Program-made: the position numbers and the translations under genes
In this document: in pieces, positions 61,372 to 64,000 of the stretch
Layout: every line of letters begins with the position of its first letter
Position numbering within the stretch: position 1 is the first letter of the stretch
Assembly: GCF_000143415.4 (NCBI RefSeq)
Contig: NW_003314357.1
Coordinates: 62,001 to 126,000, forward strand
DNA: 64,000 nucleotides
Reading direction: 5' to 3'
From: Selaginella moellendorffii
Taxonomy: Eukaryota > Plantae > Lycopodiophyta
Notes under the pieces: model-generated
Told to the model about the DNA's origin: nothing
What the model saw: the letters and a program-made list of their open reading frames with translations, nothing else
Database searches by the model: none

Positions 61372-61489
61372 TAAACCCTTGGCCAAGTGTTGAGGATAGT
61401 GTTGCTGCGAGAACAGGGTGGCTGCAAGGGAGACCAGAGAGGGATCCAGGGGCAGGAGACCAACCCTCATCATCCTCCAAGTCCTAGAG

Positions 61490-63907
61490 GCAGACCTAGT
61501 AGGCCTCCAGATACGGTTTGGAAATATGTCTTCTGCAATCCTTTAGCACTCAGGGAGAGGAACTTGGAAAACACCAAGGCGGATCCTTGATGTTTCAGCA
61601 CCGACAAAGTTAGTTGGGAGGCAGTGGTTAGGTGTGTCTTATGCAAATGTCCCGTGAAGGGAATTGGACCTACGGGGATCAGGAGGCATCTTTGCAGCTT
61701 CTACAAGGAGAAGGAGGACATAAGTTGCTGCACTGCTGACATAAGTTTGTGTCGCAGGCCAATACAAGAGTTCAGTAAGGAGTTTGTGTCTGTAACAAGG
61801 AACAATATTGAGACGTACAATATCAAGCTTGCAGAGTTCGAACGACATGGTAGTGGTAGAATGACACGGTTCAGCAATCAAGGAGCTTCAGGGTTGCAGC
61901 AATTGGATGAAGATGCCTGCAATGTTGAAGGATCGACATCAACTCCTTAAGCTAGTGGGAGTATTGAATGCAAGCCAAGATTGAACATGTTTGCCTTTCT
62001 AAGCAGTAACGACAACAAAGCATGGGAATGGATAGAATGGTTGGAGGGTGAAGATCAGGTTGATGCAGAGCGGTTATGGCAGCAGGTTTGAGAGACTGAG
62101 TTAGCTACAATTGGCTGCATCTCTGTGGGTGGTTTACGTGCAGCTGGGAATCAGATCGATATAATAGTGTCTACTACATGGCCTCAGATAGGTTCAACAA
62201 GTTGTATCTTGCAAGAAACAACAGCTCTCAAAGGAATGACAGGAAGGGCGTTGACCCCTGAAGAACTCAGGGCATGGCAGAAGGAGTATGCATTGGGAGT
62301 TTATATCGAGGCCAGAGCATGCAACCTAGCAGCTGGTAGACACGCCCAACGTGGTTCCATGTTTCCTTTGCCTTCGCTGAAGGCTTTGCATGAAGACTTC
62401 TTGGATGAGATATACCATGAAAAGGTTGAGCGCATTGATCAACAACCTGAAAAAGCTACAGGTGCATACAACCCACGACCGCTTTGCTTGGTAACGGACG
62501 GTTGGAAGACAGTTAGTGGGTAGCATATTCAGAATATTATGATCGTTGATGCAACACACCATGAAGAGTTTTTTTATGGCTCATTTGAGTGTTGTGAATC
62601 TTCAGGTATGCATTGTATTTTCATGTAACGTCCAATTAACTTGTTTGTTTTGCAATGCAACTGATATCTTGTATAGCAAATTGAAGAGTGTGGTTTCAGC
62701 TATAAACACTCGGGTACTCACTGATGATGCAAATGTAGCCATAAACAACATCCCTGGCAATGGAAACACATTACATGATCAAATGTGGCATATAGAGAGG
62801 AAGCGTGGATTATCAGCAATAGTAATGGATAATGCGGCCAACATGTAGCTTGTTGGATGCAAATTTGAAGTTGAGTTTGAAGATATGTGGAGTGTTCCAT
62901 GCCAGTGTCATGCTCTGAACTTTGTACTAATGTCTTGGGCAGGTTTAGACAACATCAAACAATATCTGGACATAGGGAAGTGTATAGTTCAATTTGTGAA
63001 GAACTCCACTCGTGTGCATGCTTTTTATCAAGCTCAGCATCCTAAGCGGCAACTTGTCAAACCTGTCACTACTCGGTGAGTATTAGAGTTGTTAACTGTT
63101 TGTTACTGACTTTAACACTTTTTTTGTTTCTTTCACAGGTTTGGAACCTATTATTACATGCTCAGGTGATTATAGGAAGAGCATGGAGCATTGTAGAGGT
63201 TGTTTAGGAATACTGGATTTAAAGATTGGCTACGAAGCCAACCCGCAACAACAACAGACACTACTAACCAAGCCATGACGGCAGTGGAGGATTTTAATTT
63301 CTGGGCGGGTGTTGAGAAGGTGATGCAGTTGATGGAGCCGGTGGTCATGGCAATCAAGTTCTTTGATTGCTCAGCTTCAACCATTGGCTTTGTGTGGCAA
63401 GCATGGTGTTTTTTGAAGTTCAAGACAGCAGCAGTTACAAGTTTTAGTGCAGAGGACAAACAGTAGCTTGAAGACTTTCTGCAGAAATAGGAGGATCAGT
63501 ATATAAGATCCTGTGACTTGTTTGGGGCAGCCTGGTGTCTAAATCCGCGTTACAGGGAGGATAGGAACAGACAGGAAGCAACAGCAGCATTCAATCGTGT
63601 TCAACATCGTTTCTATCCAAATGTTGAAGATGCCCACAAGCTAAATCAGGAGTACTTTGCGTACGTCGATGGAACTAGCCCCTTTTCCATTGCAGACAGC
63701 TGTGATGCACAAGAATTGCTTGAGAAAGGCAAGGATGGAGATTCACCTTGGCATGTTTGGGCCTCTGCGGTCAGCTTCAGCTGTGACTCGGGGGCAATGC
63801 TTTGGAGGTTTGCATGCTATATTCTTGGTTTGACAACTTCGAATTCTGAGGCTGAGCAGAATTTTAGTACATACAGCAATGTCTTGACATTAAAGCGGAA
63901 CAAATAA
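61490..63907 (+). mobile_element. Decayed intron-containing hAT transposase
   Basis: VWKYV..VRCVLC..IRRHL BED finger; LVTDGWKT, IVMDNAANM, VPCQCHALN, KPVTTR|F (intron ~63077-63139), AAWCLNP, TSNSEAEQNFSTY..KRNK; multiple stops. Confidence 0.85.
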
Positions 63908-64000
63908 GCCCTTTGTTCATTTATAAACATGAAGAACTTTTCTAACATTGGTGTCACTTGCCTGTATGTAGACTGCATCCAGAGCAGGCTGAGAAGCTCA

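Overview
Eukaryotic plant DNA. The compact genes with 45-70 bp GT-AG introns and the gene content suggest a non-seed land plant such as a Selaginella-like lycophyte; this is inference only. The window has three zones. (1) 1-34 kb is repeat-rich: decayed Copia elements, a nearly intact hAT transposase, a full-length Gypsy element (LTRs 21312-23009 and 27220-28886, TSD CCGAC) nested inside a duplicated block, and a header + P-loop NTPase + PD-(D/E)xK nuclease gene resembling Crinkler/RHS (CR) proteins. (2) 34.7-51 kb is a dense island of spliced host genes: DEAD-box helicase (RH24/DDX42-like), OVATE family protein, TPD1-like peptide, AGPase small-subunit type, an inward-rectifier (Kir/KirBac)-fold channel lacking the TxGYG filter, ERH, and a CBS-PB1 protein. 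(3) 51-64 kb is repeat-rich again: a U-box/ARM pseudogene, a second CR-like gene with the same header on a different NTPase-nuclease body, Copia gag, and a decayed hAT. The best candidates for new biology are the modular header/NTPase/nuclease system (five header copies, different bodies, an 'orphan' body behind a direct repeat) and the possibly plastid-targeted Kir-like channel with a non-canonical pore. Exon boundaries and family assignments were made by eye, without searches.
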